Positions 39,259 to 53,965 of a stretch of 64,000 nt of DNA are shown here, one piece after another. The translations under genes were made by a program, and so were the position numbers. This stretch comes from Catajapyx aquilonaris (taxonomy: Eukaryota). The notes under the pieces were generated by a model, which searched no databases, was not told where the DNA came from, and was given only the letters and a program-made list of their open reading frames with translations. Positions within the stretch are counted from its first letter, which is position 1; each line of letters begins with the position of its first letter. The stretch lies in NCBI GenBank assembly GCA_000934665.2, contig KZ538206.1:1-64000 (forward strand). Reading direction: 5' to 3'.

Positions 39259-41723
39259 AAAAAAAAAAAAAAAAGAGAGAGAAAAAAGAAAAAAGAAACC
39301 GTCTTTTCGTCTACGTCGTCTTCATCCTTCTGGACGTTGCATTTGCAGCTCTGAGCCAGTCTCTCATGCGAAACCTCAAGTCCCCTGTCGACTTTCAATC
39401 CAAACTTTGCAGGACTTGGAGTAGAATATTCTAGTGTAGCAAATGCAATTCTCACTCTGTGCTAATGCCTCGCGCATACAGCTTCGTTTTATTTGCTCGC
39501 CAGGCTGCAATTCCGCGCTTCTAAATTTGTATAGTCATAATACTTAAGTACTTAAAAAACGCAATGGCCACTATGCGCCGTCAGAATACTGCAGGGATTT
39601 TTAAAAAAATCTGAACTTAAAGACTGGAAGAAATGGCTCAAAGAAAGGGCTACATACCAGATAAATTAAAACATTGTGTGTTAAAATCTTCTTCTAACTT
39701 AATGTCAATTAACTAATCTGAGTTCCTGAAAAGAATGTTCTGCGCAACTGGAGTTGGCCTTAGGCGAGCCAACTCTCGTCTTGAGGGGAGGTTGTCGGTG
39801 AGGTTGGGGTATAGAGATGTCGAGGGTGGAAGGAAAGGCGCAGCACAGGAAGTTTCATACTTCCAACCTCTACCACTGATTACGTTGTAGCCTAAGTGAC
39901 AATGAACGGGATAGAGGCAAATCTTCATCAGACTAAGGATGCATATTATCAGGTGGGCCACTAAAGTTTAATAATGATTTTGCTATTTTAATGTACACTT
40001 TCTCATGTAACAAATAACACTACAAAAATACTGATAGCTTGAAAGGTGAATTAACAGTTATTATTCCCATTAATGTAGCAAACTCTCTTATATGACCATC
40101 AACAAAAGTCCGATCCTATATATAGAATAATTCTATAGATGAAGCCCCATTTCATTAGAGGCACTATATGCGACCTGAACATGACAGTACGATGTATTTA
40201 GTATTTTATTTAGTAGCAATCACCGCTCAGATGTTCCCCATTGTTAGAAATGTATGGCGCCGAGAGCACTCTCCTCCGAGTAGCTGCAATCCCGCATTAG
40301 CTTTGCTCAACAAGCTCGCTGCAGCCCAAATTGAGAGGTAAATATAGAAAGAAAATGGCTGTGATCACCTATAGCACTGAATGCTTCGTCATCTGAAAGC
40401 TAAATCAAGGGACCCTTGGGGGAGCTGTTGTATATGCCTATTTTTGGCTCCGGGTTTATTCAAGTGCATACGCTTCATTTGATTACGCTGGTGGGTTTAT
40501 TTTTAAATCCTGCACGTGCGGGTCATCGGTCATTAAAATCCCATGCAAAAGTTTGAGGGTATAGACCACTCCGATTTCCATTTTCAGACAAAATTCAGTG
40601 GTGTGGATTGATTTATGCGGACCCTCCATTTTTTGGGGGACCCGTTTCTTGTCTAAAAATGGGCTGGGAACGCATATGGAACTTGTTGTGGATGCTCTCT
40701 GGAGTAGTGGAAATTGATTCAGCCATTTGTCTGTCAGGACTGTGATGTCTCCCCTACGTTTGCCCGCACTTCATCCATGGAAGCTTCCCTACAAAACATG
40801 CAAAAAAAAGCCAAGAGAAAATGTGTTTTCCAGCTAAAATTATCATTCTTTATGGTGAAAACACGCAGGAAGAGAACGGCTATGTCACCTGTTTGAAAGG
40901 CTAGATGTTATGACAGGAGCTAAAGATAAACAGCATGATGACAAGGGACGGGAAAAGAAATTGGCATGGGTTGAATCTGACGGAGTATCATCAGTGATGA
41001 CAACCTTGGTGAGAACTTGTTATAAATTAATACAACAGTATAATCTATTGCACGACCAACCTGTAAAAACCATGGTAAACCCCAGCTTCATCACATCGGA
41101 TCTGCATATTTCTGCCTGGATGGGAGTGAGGCATATTATCACCACCCGCACTAGTCACACCCATCAAGACCTATCAGACACGCTTACATCCCTTCAAGGC
41201 GGCAACAGATAGCTCAGATATTTTCCAGAGAGACTATTTTTCCAAAGCTCAATACATGTTGGCAATACTGTAATACAGTGCATTGATTTGAATTGCTTCA
41301 CAAAGTTTGCATAACTGTCGAAATTCCCTAGATAACTATAGAACGTTCCATTAAAACAAGAGAAAAATGTGTGAAGGCTAAATAGATGTTTCTACTGCTT
41401 TGAATTGGCTCGAGGCACATTGTAGATATGGATTTAGGGTTTTACTCGGGAACCTTCAGGTGTTAGCCTTACACCTGAGGAGTTTTAATCCCCACTATGA
41501 ATATTTATCACTAGAGTTTCAGTTAAGTGGAGGTGCAAATGCATGAAATTCATGAACTGGACCGACAAACTTATAGCGGCCAGAATTCTGTACAGTAACA
41601 CCAGATGCATATACTGCATATATTCAAGGCAGAGCCCATCTTTTAATGATGTTTAGTGGCTTTAATCAGAAATTACAATAACCTATACCCTTCGACACAC
41701 GATAAGTCCTCAATTTAATAATA

Positions 41724-42291
41724 CAGTTGAATCCGGATATAACAGCGTCGGCTATAACGGTCTTTCGGTTATAACAGACTCGAACGGCTGGTCCTGACAT
41801 ACTGCCATAAAGCCCTATATATTATTACTCCTGATATAACATACTCATTTTCACCTAACCTCGGCTATATTACAGGGCTATTTCTTGGCTGCTCGGTAGG
41901 AAAATATGCTGCTGTTTTGGATTATTCAACTTCCTTTCCTACGTGAGGAAAGCACTGCATACTGGGAGCGGTGGTGATTTTCCCACCTGTCACTGATAGA
42001 ACACTTACCGAAAAGGTCAAAATCATTCTTTTTTCTGGTATATCTGGCAAGAACGAGACAGCAGAAGAAACTGACAGATTTTTTGGGTTCTAAGTTATGG
42101 GTGAGCTAATTTTGAATGTTTGTGGGTGGTTTTATTACTCGTCAGTATACCCAGAAGTGTGCACTATAAGCATATGAAAGCAGAAAACTTGTGAATTTGT
42201 TGCAAAATTGGCGATTTGGCTATAACAGACCTCGGTTATAACATACTGTTTTCCGCAGTCCCTTGAAGTTTGTTACATCCGGATTCAACTG
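41724..42291. mobile_element. pogo/Tigger-type MITE
   Basis: TIRs CAGTTGAATCCGGATATAAC / GTTACATCCGGATTCAACTG (1 mismatch), TA on both flanks, repeated subterminal (C)GG(C/T)TATAAC motifs at both ends. Confidence 0.9.
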
Positions 42292-45200
42292 TACTTGATA
42301 AATATTATTTTGAGGTATAGCCTCGCGCTTTCAGGATATTCTATATCTCGCAGAGTTGAAAGTCTATAATTATGACTTCACGCCATCCGCATCCCCCCCC
42401 CCTCCCCAAGTAATGGCATCTAATGACAAATAATTCTACCCTGTACACGCCTGCATGTACTGGCAAGAACCACTGACAATACAGCACTGTGAGTTCACCA
42501 AATTACAACTCTCCTGGAAAATCCACAATGCTCTCCATTGGATAATAAAGCGGATACTGTAGTAGAGGCACTGTACTGTTTCGCAGGTTAATAAAATGTT
42601 GTCAGGACTGAAGTGGGGAAATGTTTACCGAGTGATACGTTATTTCGACTACTCATCCAATTATTGGTACTTAGCACTTGCAGGCCTACGTCCCGTACCG
42701 GTTTCAAAAGACGTAGTGTATATTTCAATAATTTTTTTTGGGTGACACAAAACTTTCATCATTGCTGCAGTATGGACCGAACAGCCTTTATGAATGAAAC
42801 CATAATGCTGTGAGATGGATGGGAGTGTTCTGTAGCACCATGGCTGAATGAGCCCATACTCCTCCACACAGGAATATGGGGAGGCAAGGTCTAGGATAGG
42901 AAGGCGAGGTCGCTGGAATATGTGTTAGTGGGGCTTACAATTAGTCTCATCAACCCTCAATGACGAATGTCCACTGACGTGCTGCATGTGAACACTGCCA
43001 CTCCTAATTAAAATTTCAGCCCTCTAGACACCCGGTTCACAAAGGTCAACAATGTCCTATACTATGCACGACATTGCACGCGTAACTGATACCCTTGAAA
43101 GCTAATTTCGCCACTGATAAACACCACAAGTTGTCACTAGGGTACCATTACGTCTGTTTAATTCTATGGTACTTTTTTCAACCTGCAAAAGAGGGTTTGC
43201 GTGGCGACTCTGAAGACGCGCTAAATTGCAGCTGAAGCTTTGGGGGACAGCGGTGATAATTGCCCTTTGAGGCTATTACGTGTACTGCACAAGGTTAATC
43301 TAGTGTCGGTCTCGTGCAATCTCCCTTCTCGCAAATGAAATTTACGACCTACCTGGATTGCACACACATGCACACACGCATGTGAATCAGACAAAGAGGC
43401 CCGCCCATGTCAGAAAAAAAATATGAATAAAGTTTATATTCCAAAGGGGTGTGGCGTTATTTTCTGCACCATCGCTGCCACTCTCTTTGAGATATATTTT
43501 GTTCTTTTCATGTAAGTATTTAATTATATTGGGGTAAACTACAAGGACATGTAATCTTTATGTCGTGTTATTCAGCTACCAAAAAGCAGCCTTGAACCTT
43601 TTTGCTCTCTGGAGAACTTTGTCGGAACCCTGCAATAATAACACTTTGTGACACCTTGTTTCGAGCTCTGAGGTCAAGGCTCGCGAGACACTTCTTTTTA
43701 TGAGCATGCTATATTTAGCCGTGACTTTCACTGTTTCTAATTTTCTGTGGTGAGAAGAATGGACCTAAAAACTACACTTATTGGCGTAGGAAGATTTACA
43801 GGACTAGTAAATCATTTGTTGTTACACCAAATGTCTTAGGGAAATGTCCAAGGACATCTGAGGGTCTACGGACCACTGATTTAAGATGGCTGCTGCGATC
43901 TTCTAAATGTCTTAACACTTAACCGTTTGAAGAAATTTAAAAAAACACCAATTTACTACCAATACCCATCAATATTGGTGTTAACAGTATTAATAGCATC
44001 GGTAAGAAAGATCATAATAATGAGGCACTTAATATGCACTGTTCAAGTTCCCAGTTCAAGGCTGGGATAGGGGAAGAAGTTATGGGTTGTTTGCTCCAGA
44101 AACCGGTTTAATGAAAAGTAACAATCACAAGTGAATATGTCCCTTACTCTTTCTTCCAACGGGATGCTCCTCATTATAGTATTGTTAGCTGGGAAAATAA
44201 TTCATGACTTTACACCCCACCTGCCTTTTGAACTGGGGACTTTGGCAGCGTACCCTACCACACTGTAAAGTTAGCATAATTTATCTTGTTTTCCTCGATT
44301 TCCTATTTTATGACGCTGTCAAAAAAAGCTATTTTAGCCACACGTATCCTAACGCCACGCAACCATCAGCACTCCTGTTTTTTTTGTATTTTTTTGTATT
44401 TTTTCACTGACTTCACCCTGAGTGAGTGATGATGGTTGCATAGCGCCAGGACACTTACACCGAACGATTGTGATACAAGTCCCATGTGGTTATTATAATT
44501 CGATGAACCATTGACGAGTTCAGAATTTTTTAAAAAAGAACCTCTAGTCCACATCGAATATATTCAACATTGAACTGCCTTTTCTCCCCAATAAGGCAGA
44601 GCTTCACTGATTACGTCCACCCAGCTTATGCATCACGTCCTTCCCGTGAATGATATACGGAAAGGGATGGAGGACGGAGGTGGGAGGAGAGAGGGGGGAC
44701 CGTCATCCTCTGTCCAAACATGTCAGGCATGGAAATATCCTGTCTGCGGCCGAAAGATTAGCTGACGACCCTCTTGAACTCTGTCGTCAGACCAAAATGG
44801 GATACTTCTGCCTTTCCGACGACGCTTGCAAAACCTGGAGATGGCGGAAAGTTTGCCCCCAAAATGGCTGACGGGTCGGGTCATTTCCCTCCGACTGATG
44901 CAAATTCTGTTATGAAACAGTAGAATTGCATTAGTATGCAGCCAACGGAATGCATCCTCCTCCCAGCTGATTGGTCAGTTTACTTTGGACCAATCAGGCC
45001 GAATTTTGTTGCCGGCGTTCTGTTGGCTGTACAAGAATGCTGTAGCAAACTTGCATGAGAACTGGAGTGGTATGATTTAATTAATAGGTATCGGAGCTTG
45101 ATTACACACACAAAGATGGAGGCCATATCACAAATATTGTATGGAAGGCGACAAGAGCGCCAGCTGTAGGAGGGTTTTATTTCTCTTCTTTCAAGACACG

Positions 45201-48200
45201 TCATTATAGTAGGCAGGTACGATCCACATGAAATCGCGGCTGACGTTAGTAACACCCTGTACGCATCTGCGAGGGGGGGAGGGGGGGGGCTTTCTCGTGA
45301 CGCTCCCTGTTGTCATGACAACCCTGTATAGCCCTATTGGAAGGAGCTTTGAGAGTCTTTGGCTCTGGATTATATCTGAGCCTTATGAGGCTCTAAGAAG
45401 ACAATCCTCCAGCAAGTGAAATTCGAGCTTCCGCCATCGCTTGGACTTCACTCTCAAAATTCCACATTATCTGATCAGAGAAGGAATGTCGGCATGTCAG
45501 GGGCAATGTTTGTTTGGCGACTTGGGGTAAAATTACTATTACTACTACCATGGCAAACTTGTTTTGTACTGCTTTTAAAACATAAATATATAATGTGTTT
45601 CCAGACCATATTTTAAGAAGCTAATCTCCTGGCCCCCTGATATACTGCACACCCCCTTCTATGTTATTACTCAATTACGGAGCTGGCAATTAATCTACCG
45701 CTACCGGCGCCTTATTGTTTCATTTCACTTGCAAAATAAATCTGCGCCAGAAATAATTTATTATGAAGGCTTCCCCGGTGAGCTTAAGGAGTTGTGAGAG
45801 TCATTAGCGTTTTCAGGGGGTAGCTAGTGGGAGGTGGCATGCTCGAAAAACTCTGGAACACGGCAGGGATTTTTAGACCCCAAGCATGATCGAGTCCAAC
45901 TTAGACAGGGTGTTTCTGTAAGTTTGTAGCCAGTATTGGCTACAGGCTGTTTAATCATGAACATTTCCTCTAATAAGAAAGCAAAAAAAATATATTGATT
46001 GAACCGTAGATTTTATATATGTCTGATACACCACGACATTTCTGATGACAGATTCGATGTCAACTTAATCAGGATTTTCTCTGCAAGTCGGCAGTTCTGA
46101 TCCATACCACCCACTACCCCACCCACCAAAAAAAAAAAGTCTCGATCCTAACCGATACCCCGGCAACTTGCTCCAATGAGCTTTCATTCCGCTTTGATCT
46201 CCCCACGACTTCCTTTCGCAGGACGCCTGCCAAGATGCTTAGGACGAAGAAATTGGGTCTCCAGTTTCTTTGCCCGATCTTTACACCACAGCCATTTCGC
46301 TTTGCTGACATGTTCTAGGGGAGAAAAAAAAGTGGGTGGGGGAAGAAGAAGCGCCCAAAGGAAGGGGAGAAAAAATTGGATTGGATTCAGTGACGGAAAC
46401 GACGTCGTTTCCATAATGAATAGTCTTTTAATAACTGCCTCTAAATCCGGAGTCTGCAAGTTCTTCTGGTTTGCTTTCCGTATACCGGAGGCAAATATAA
46501 GGTCCGGATGTATTGTGTGATTGCGGTTTCAATCACAGGAAGGTGGTGCAGTACATTGTCACAAACATGGGGTAAACAGAATTCACTGAATTATATTAAC
46601 TGGTTTTTTTCGCAAGTTAAACAGCAATTTCTCTACCAGAACTCAATTCTGGATGTGATTTTTCTTTTCGTTTAATTGATATCACTTTTTCAGAATTGAT
46701 TGATTAAATTGAAAGCACCCTTAGCAATGGGTGCTATATTGCAAGTGGAGAAAGTGAAACGTAAATCATTTGAAGCATATGTGATTATATGTGCGACTTT
46801 TAAACCACTCGGGTGAAATATTGCTGTAATATTAGAAATACGCAAAAAGTGCAAGTCAACTTGCGACAAATGCTATGCTACTGGTTGTATCCGCTCTCAT
46901 TAGTGCCCAATAACTCCTCAGTTTGTGTTTTTTTGTGCAACTTTCTGCACATGAATAGTGACAGGCAGACACGACCGGTTACGTTATTTTTCTCACAGTC
47001 CGAATGAAACCTTGTGCATTCATTAACCAGTTAAGGACTTGGAAGATTAGTGGCCAATTAGCAACCGAAAGCCGCGATTTGTAAAACCGGACCACCTAGT
47101 TTTTTCGCGACTCGTGGCCAAACAACAATTTCTGAGACTGCAAGTTGGGCAGGATAAGAGGCCATGATGGAACAAAATTAGTGATAATAGCCACGAGTTG
47201 GAATCTGGAGCTCCCTGTGGGCTGCAAAAAAAGAAGAAAAATGGCGGGGAGGTAGCTTGAAAATCGCATATTTTCTCATTTGTCAGTCCGGTCTGGCGGA
47301 GTCGACAAGGCAACCCGGGCGTGGAGAGCCCAAGCGGAGAAAAGTTTTAATTCGCCAGGAATCCCGGGTTCGTCTGCACTTGTCGGCCACCGTAATTGGT
47401 CGAATTAGGAGGGCCCCGCCACACACAATCACAAAAGGAAGCTTCGACCCCACAGATTGCCGTCAACACTAAACCACATGGCAACAGTATATTGTGGTTG
47501 CAAAGCCCACATTGATTCCACTTCATGGCCAGAAATTCAGTTGAACACTCTTGTGGTGAAATATGGATGGATATTGCACAAATTTAAATAATATAAAATG
47601 ATAAAATGCGAGTAGCCAGAACCTGGGCTCGAACTCCCAATTCAGGAACGTTTGTAACGCGCGCTGGCCAATAGCAGAGAAGCGCGATGGAATGTTCTGG
47701 CTATTTATTGGTCGAAAGACGCGGGCTTGGCAGGAAATGGGAGCGAACTCTGCGACCTGTTTCCCTGAAAATTGATTCTGACAGTGACTGAAGGCGAGCC
47801 TTCAGCAGACCTTCCTTTGTACAGACAGTAATTGTGAGTGACTTCGTCTCACCCATGCATGAGTCAGCCACGTATACAATCACAACTGGAATAATAGTGC
47901 TGTTTACATTCAACCTTCCTAGACTCCCGCTTTGTTTTTCTTCTTTTACTCGGCTGTTCCATTGATAGCCTGCTTAACCCTCGTGTACTTGTTCGGTTTT
48001 ATGGCTGACAGTTATGGCAGGGGAAAGGAACTGTTAGCACGATCTTGGGTCTCGATTATAGGACCAAGTACAATTCCTTCAGGTGAACTTTAATGCACAC
48101 CACAGAATACAATAGTTGGGACATTTTTGGCACGTATTTTGGGATTTCCAGTGGGTTACTGTAAACATTGTGCAGGTTCCCTCGATCCCCTTGTGTTTGA

Positions 48201-49208
48201 CAGGACTTGCCATTGCCCGCCGGGACCCAGGATTAGGCTTCGTATAAGCCAGATAGGCTGAAGTGGAGGCAGCAGGAGAATGCCGCCATGTATCTTTTTT
48301 TTAACCTCAACTGGAGAGCTGAGGCACGTGGGATGAATACCTTCTTGGGAAGGCCCTCTCGTTTGGGGTACCCCCCTAGCTTCTGATATGGGATACTGGC
48401 TATTGATCAGTTTTCTAGAAGGGTACAAGAGTGCAGTTAATTTTGAAGGCACATTTAATCAAATAATAATGAAATGATGAAAGGCGTAATTTTTAAATCG
48501 ATTTAGTGCATCCAAGACGTTACTGTTTGATGAGACCAAGAGAATATGAAGCAGACTGACTTGTCCAATTTTCACTGTCACATTACGGAATTTGCTGGTT
48601 CCTAAGATGAGGATTTCGCCATAGCCAAGGTCATCCAGGGTACAAGTCAACTTGAGAGCAAACTTCGTAATATTTTATGAGGGAAGAAAATAACTGAGAT
48701 GAAAAAGGCAGTAAAGATGTTGACATGCACCTAATTTTATGTTCCAGGTTCCGATGAGTATTTTAATTTACTGGAGTAAATATCTGCCTTTTAGCCACTT
48801 AGATTATGGGCTTTTTTCATATGAAGTGACCTGTTGACATGTTTTAATATTTCTTATTTTTCCAACACACTATTTATAACGCGGTTCTCTGTGTGTTGCA
48901 CACACAATTTACGCCACACACAGTTTACGATCAAGCCCGACACATCAAGGGCGGCTCGATTTTGGCTCCTCTTTTTTTTCAACCATACCAAATAACTGTC
49001 ATATATTGACGCCTTTGACCATCTGCCCCCCAAAAAACTGGCAAAAAAGGTCGGCTCCCTTCCCATATGTCATAGGGAATTTTTTTGAGTGAATCACTTT
49101 GCCCTTTGGCAGCATGACTCACTTATTCTCATTCAGCCTATAAACCCTCTGCCATTCCTATATATCCAAAGTGTCCATGTGACTAACCACTACGATCTTC
49201 TCTTGCAG

Positions 49209-49306
49209 AGGCATTGGCGTCTGTAACAGCCCGAGCTGTGTGTGATTACCATGGTGACCCACTGGATCCGCATTCACTGACGTTCTGCGAGGGAGAAGTC
49301 ATTTCC
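49209..49306 (+). CDS. Caskin: Caskin-like protein, internal exon C (N-terminal half of SH3: EALASVTARAVCDYHGDPLDPHSLTFCEGEVIS)
   Basis: Acceptor tcttctcttgcAG ends at 49208; donor GTAAGT at 49307; 98 nt, phase 1 to phase 0 (g|ag = Glu). SH3 ALYDY-like AVCDY and L.F..G..I motifs. Absent from the ORF track. Confidence 0.9.
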
Positions 49307-50655
49307 GTAAGTACCTGATGCCTCAGCGGCGTTGCTCCAGCCTTGTCAAGGTGCAGAGTGTGTAACAGAATTAAGTACTCGAGGATTACAGAGATATTAA
49401 CTGCAGGGACAGTAGGTGTTCTAAGCTCCTGTGTAATCCGCGAGTCTGGGAATCATTGTTAATATCCTCAGCGTGTGCCAGAACTACCGGAGACTTGGAA
49501 GTAACGTAATGGAAGGAACGAGCTCCATTTTTTTGTCACTTTCCGCAGCCTGGCTTTAATCTGCATAGAGCTTTCTGGGGTCCTAATGCATAATTTTGCG
49601 CTTCAGTTTGGCCAAAATCCTGGGTCATCAGCAAGCAAACAGGAATTTTTTAAAATGTGGGCGTTCGGTGAGCATGAGATGACGACAGCCACATTTGCAC
49701 TAGAGGCGCTAGGTAGGTTGGCCAACTCGGCGTTATACTGCAACTTTTGTAACAAGTACCAGCTATTGCAAACATAATGTCAGGAAATAATATTAAAACG
49801 TACGTCGCGACATGTTGGCGACCAAGGAACTTGTCTCCATGTAGACGCCACTGATTATCCGTAAACTGACTGATTGAAGCTGGCCCTTTTATTGTGGATG
49901 CTGATCTGTGTGATTACCATCACCGAACGGACGCTTGGAGGGCGTCACAAACAATTAGACTTGATGAAAAGAGTATGGGGCTGGACACCTCTTGGAGAGA
50001 AGACACAAAAAAGAGAGGATCCCGTTTGTAATTGGTCGCCACGGTTTTTGTCGGGTATCACTCCAGGTTGTATTCTGGGAAACGTCCATTTGTGGCTTCT
50101 CATTGGGCCAAGAGCCTTGGTTTTTTAAGGGTGCAATAACGCAAGGTTTTCTCAATTGACGTGTAATTCTAGTGTGGGTTCCGGAATACTAATCGGATGT
50201 GAATGTGATCAAAGACCGCATTGTGCATAGAATTGCAAAGTGGGTTGTTGAACAAGATATTTAGCCAAGTGGTTTGCGATGCAATTATATATTTATTACT
50301 CGTGGGCATTGGGTGTCATGATTGCGTCCGGAGACCATGGTCCGGAGTAATCTCACGCGAACAGAGTGGGGAAACCTGTGGTGAAAATAGTGGTGGGTGA
50401 TATTGAGAGAGGGGGGACGGGATGGGTGGAACTGGTGTGTACCCGTACGTGATGGCCAAAGCTTTTGAGGGCAATTGAAGGCAAATGAAGGTGACGATCA
50501 GAACCGGATCGCTGTGTGGAAGTGGGGCAGAGGACACCCACCACTTGCACCACAGAAGTAGCTTTGCATGTTATAGCGACACATTAGCATTTTTCCACAA
50601 TCGGCGAGTACAAAATTAGGCATTTAAAAGTGGAAACTGAGAGTGTATGGATATA

Positions 50656-51086
50656 CAGGGTGTATCTGAACTCAGTGCCCCGACGTATATGACTGCCTTC
50701 CTAGCCACCAGAGGATCTATTTAAGTATAGGAGTCATATGTCTGGGCAGCCTCATTACGGAGATAATTGGCCGCAAACATGTAGTACAAAATATCCTGTC
50801 GGTTAGGCCACCCATCGAACCCTCCCCCAGGCAGAAGGCTCTGGAAGGTCTGGGGGCCGGACTTTGTTGGTTTGTTGCCCACAGGTGGCAGGTGGTAAGG
50901 CCTCTTTGGCTAGTTACACCAGAAAATTCTATTTAAAAGTCAGAAGGAGCGATTAGGCAAAAATCGCTAAAGAGTGTATCTCAGTAATGAGGCTGCCCAG
51001 ACATATGATTCCTATACTTAAATCGATCCTCTGGTGGCTAGGAAGGCAGTCATATACGTCGGGGCACTGAGTTCAGATACACCCTG
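50656..51086. mobile_element. Young Tc1/mariner-type MITE with 110-bp TIRs
   Basis: TA|CAGGGTGTATCTGAACTCAGTGCCCCGACG... (50656-50765) and its reverse complement (50977-51086)|TA; I count 3 mismatches between arms. Confidence 0.95.
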
Positions 51087-53965
51087 TATTGTCACACGTA
51101 CGTGTGTAATATTGGGCTATCTTGCGGGTTATTCTACCCTCAAGCCATCCGTGCTGCGTGGGTCACCTGACGCACAGGATATTATTTTTCATTGCCTCGA
51201 GTAGCACTAGCATAACAAAAATTACTATCCGATCCTAAAGTCCTAGAGGAAGAAAGAACCTTTAGGCACACCCTGTATCCAGCCTGTATTTAAGTACATA
51301 TTATTTTGATACACCTCTCTCTTACCCCCTTTCTTCCCCTCCGCTTCTCCCCCACCCGAAAGAAACTGAGGGCGTCGTAACTGGTTTAGCTTCTGTGCAT
51401 ATAAAGCTAATGTACCATGAAAGGAAGGTAATCTAGTTGACTGGATAAGGGAGGTGGGGAGGAGTTTGTTTTTGAAGTGTTAATTTTTTTAGCAGTAAGA
51501 AATTGTCTAGGAAAAGTTTTGAGCATCACTCACTCAAATGTCCGGAACCGTCCGGAACATCCCACGCAGTCTGCTTGCCCTTCCTGCTTTTTTTTATTAT
51601 TATTCCCCCCCCCCCCCCTCTCCACAGTCGTTCTCTTTTGGTCCCAGCCATCGATTTCTGGGCACCCACCCTTGGCCATCCTCATCTCCACATTCGACGT
51701 CACCCACCAAACTCTACCAGCCATCAACCAGCGTACCAGCCCAAGCGAAAACTTTCCACTGATGCTCTCAGTCACGTTATTCCGAATCGATACTAACGCC
51801 TATATGTAGATCTGCTCCCTTGCTCATTACGACGAGGTGATTAGGATTTTTTTGTGTGCCTACCATTCACTCTCAGCTAAAACTTACTCGTGCCGTTACA
51901 GCTAACGATTTAGGGCCGGTTGCGTGATCGATGGTAAATTCAGAACATGTGGTAGTTTCACGTTATTCACATTTTGGATTAATATCGATCATGCTACCGG
52001 CCCTTTGGGGAAAATATTGTGGTATGATAATATACTCTGTAGTTACATTGTTGACGGTCATTATTTGTGGCATCATGAGAATGAATACAGTATACAAACG
52101 TCTTTTGAGGAGACTGTCCCCTTACCCCTCCCCCCACGTGCCCTGCTTACTCCCTCACAATAATCGAGAATAAAATCGCCTAAAGAGAACCTTGTCGGCT
52201 CGAACACTCGTGCAACATACAGTAAATTCCCCTACCTCTTTTGCAAAATAATACCCTTATCTAGTATGCGATCTTGGTCCAGGGCATGCACGCCCCCAGC
52301 GTTGATGTGCTATTGGTGCCATGTTTATTTGCCCAACTGTTGGGCCAAAACGGGGTGCAAAGACCTCCCCCCATATGGCACGGGATGCAGTTGGGCGTGA
52401 GGACCAACTATAGGACGCGGTACATCAGTTCGGGTCACTCAAAGTTGCAACAAAGTCACGCGGCCAGCTTTTGAATGAAGCGTGGAGAAAACTGGAGGCC
52501 AAAGACCTCTCTGCATCTGCAGAAAAAGCGAGACTATTCTCACCAGCAGCTAATAAAATGGCGCCGGGCATGATTAGGGCACTTTTGTGCATAATAAGTA
52601 CGGCTGTGGTGGGAGAGGAAGTGGGGTGGGAGTTTTTTTCTAAACGAGAAGGGAGAAAAGGGACTGGTTGCGACTTTTAAACTTGACAACCTTTGGCGTT
52701 GACGTTTTCTGATGGACTCAGACTTTTTTTTTCCTTCTCCACCCCTTTCTTCTCGTGTCTAATGTCCCATGAGAATCAACGTAATCTACGCCGTCGTTTT
52801 TATCACTCTCGTTTGGAATTCTCTCTTCCCTGTGGCGTTTCTCTACCTAGTCTGTTCCCTAGTGAATTGGTAGATGCAATTTGATTTTTCTAGTTCAAAA
52901 GATTGGGGGTTTTCTATCGGGATTTACATGTCAAAGTCGTTTTTTTTTTTGCTCACTTGAGTTCGAATTTTGCGTGTTAAAGTCGGAAAAAAGAATTGTG
53001 TTTGAACCATCACCCTGTAGACCCCAATGCAACAGAACACAGTACTGAAGACACCTGGCAGAAGATCGTGATGAATTGGAATACCTGCACATCCTTATAT
53101 GGAAGGACACACATGGGTCATTAATTACAGAAGAGCCGTTTGGCGTCCGCAAATAATAAAGCATCATTATATACCTGGGCGATGCACTTTCACTCGGCTT
53201 TACGTGTGAGACGGTAGTAAATAACGAGCAAGGAGTCGACAAGCGCGCCTTACAAGGTCCACTCGTTTTCCAAAGGAGCCTGCGGAAATGCCATGTTTCA
53301 GGCAAAATAATGTGCCTTTGACACCGGAGCTCCAGCAGGGTTGGTTCCCTGGCGATATGCTCATGCGCACTGCACATGTTAACATCTCGAGTCGGTACTG
53401 AGGATTGTTTAAGACTAGAGCGTTTGGATAGTGTGTAATTGTGTTTACACATGGAAATGTCCTGCGTGTGCTTGAGTTTACGGATGTAAATCCTGAAATC
53501 TCTGGGAAATTCCTGGTGTCGTGATTTCTTATGACTGCAAATGAGGGCACGCTTTAAGAATCTGAACGCAGGATTTTTATTGAATTATTGTCTATAAAGT
53601 ATTATAAGTCATTGTGGTTTTTTCCCGGCTTTTTGGCAATTTATGTCACGTACAGTCACGCTGGGCGAGACCCCCGTCACGCTGCTGTGGACCCCTTCAA
53701 CTTTCCGATTTCTCCACCACAAAAATTGATTTTGAAATAAACGTAATAAATTGACGTACTGTACTTTATTCACTTATTGTTATTTCTCACATTGCATAAT
53801 CAATCGTAAATCCGCACAAAGTGAATAACATAAACAACTTGTGGCTACCATCGATCACATTGCGTTTGAAATCACCTGAATCAAGCAGATATTCGTGCCA
53901 CTGATTTTCTGAACAATTTACTGATAAATTTTCATACGAAATAACGAAAATATTTTTCATTGCAG

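Noticed and set aside
38928..39455. ORFs of 175, 143 and 74 aa
   Set aside because: They span the N gap and homopolymer runs.
48473..48559. C/D-box snoRNA-like ATGATGA...TGATGA...CTGA
   Set aside because: No terminal stem and no guide complementarity to rRNA/snRNA that I can recognise; snoscan or Rfam would be needed.
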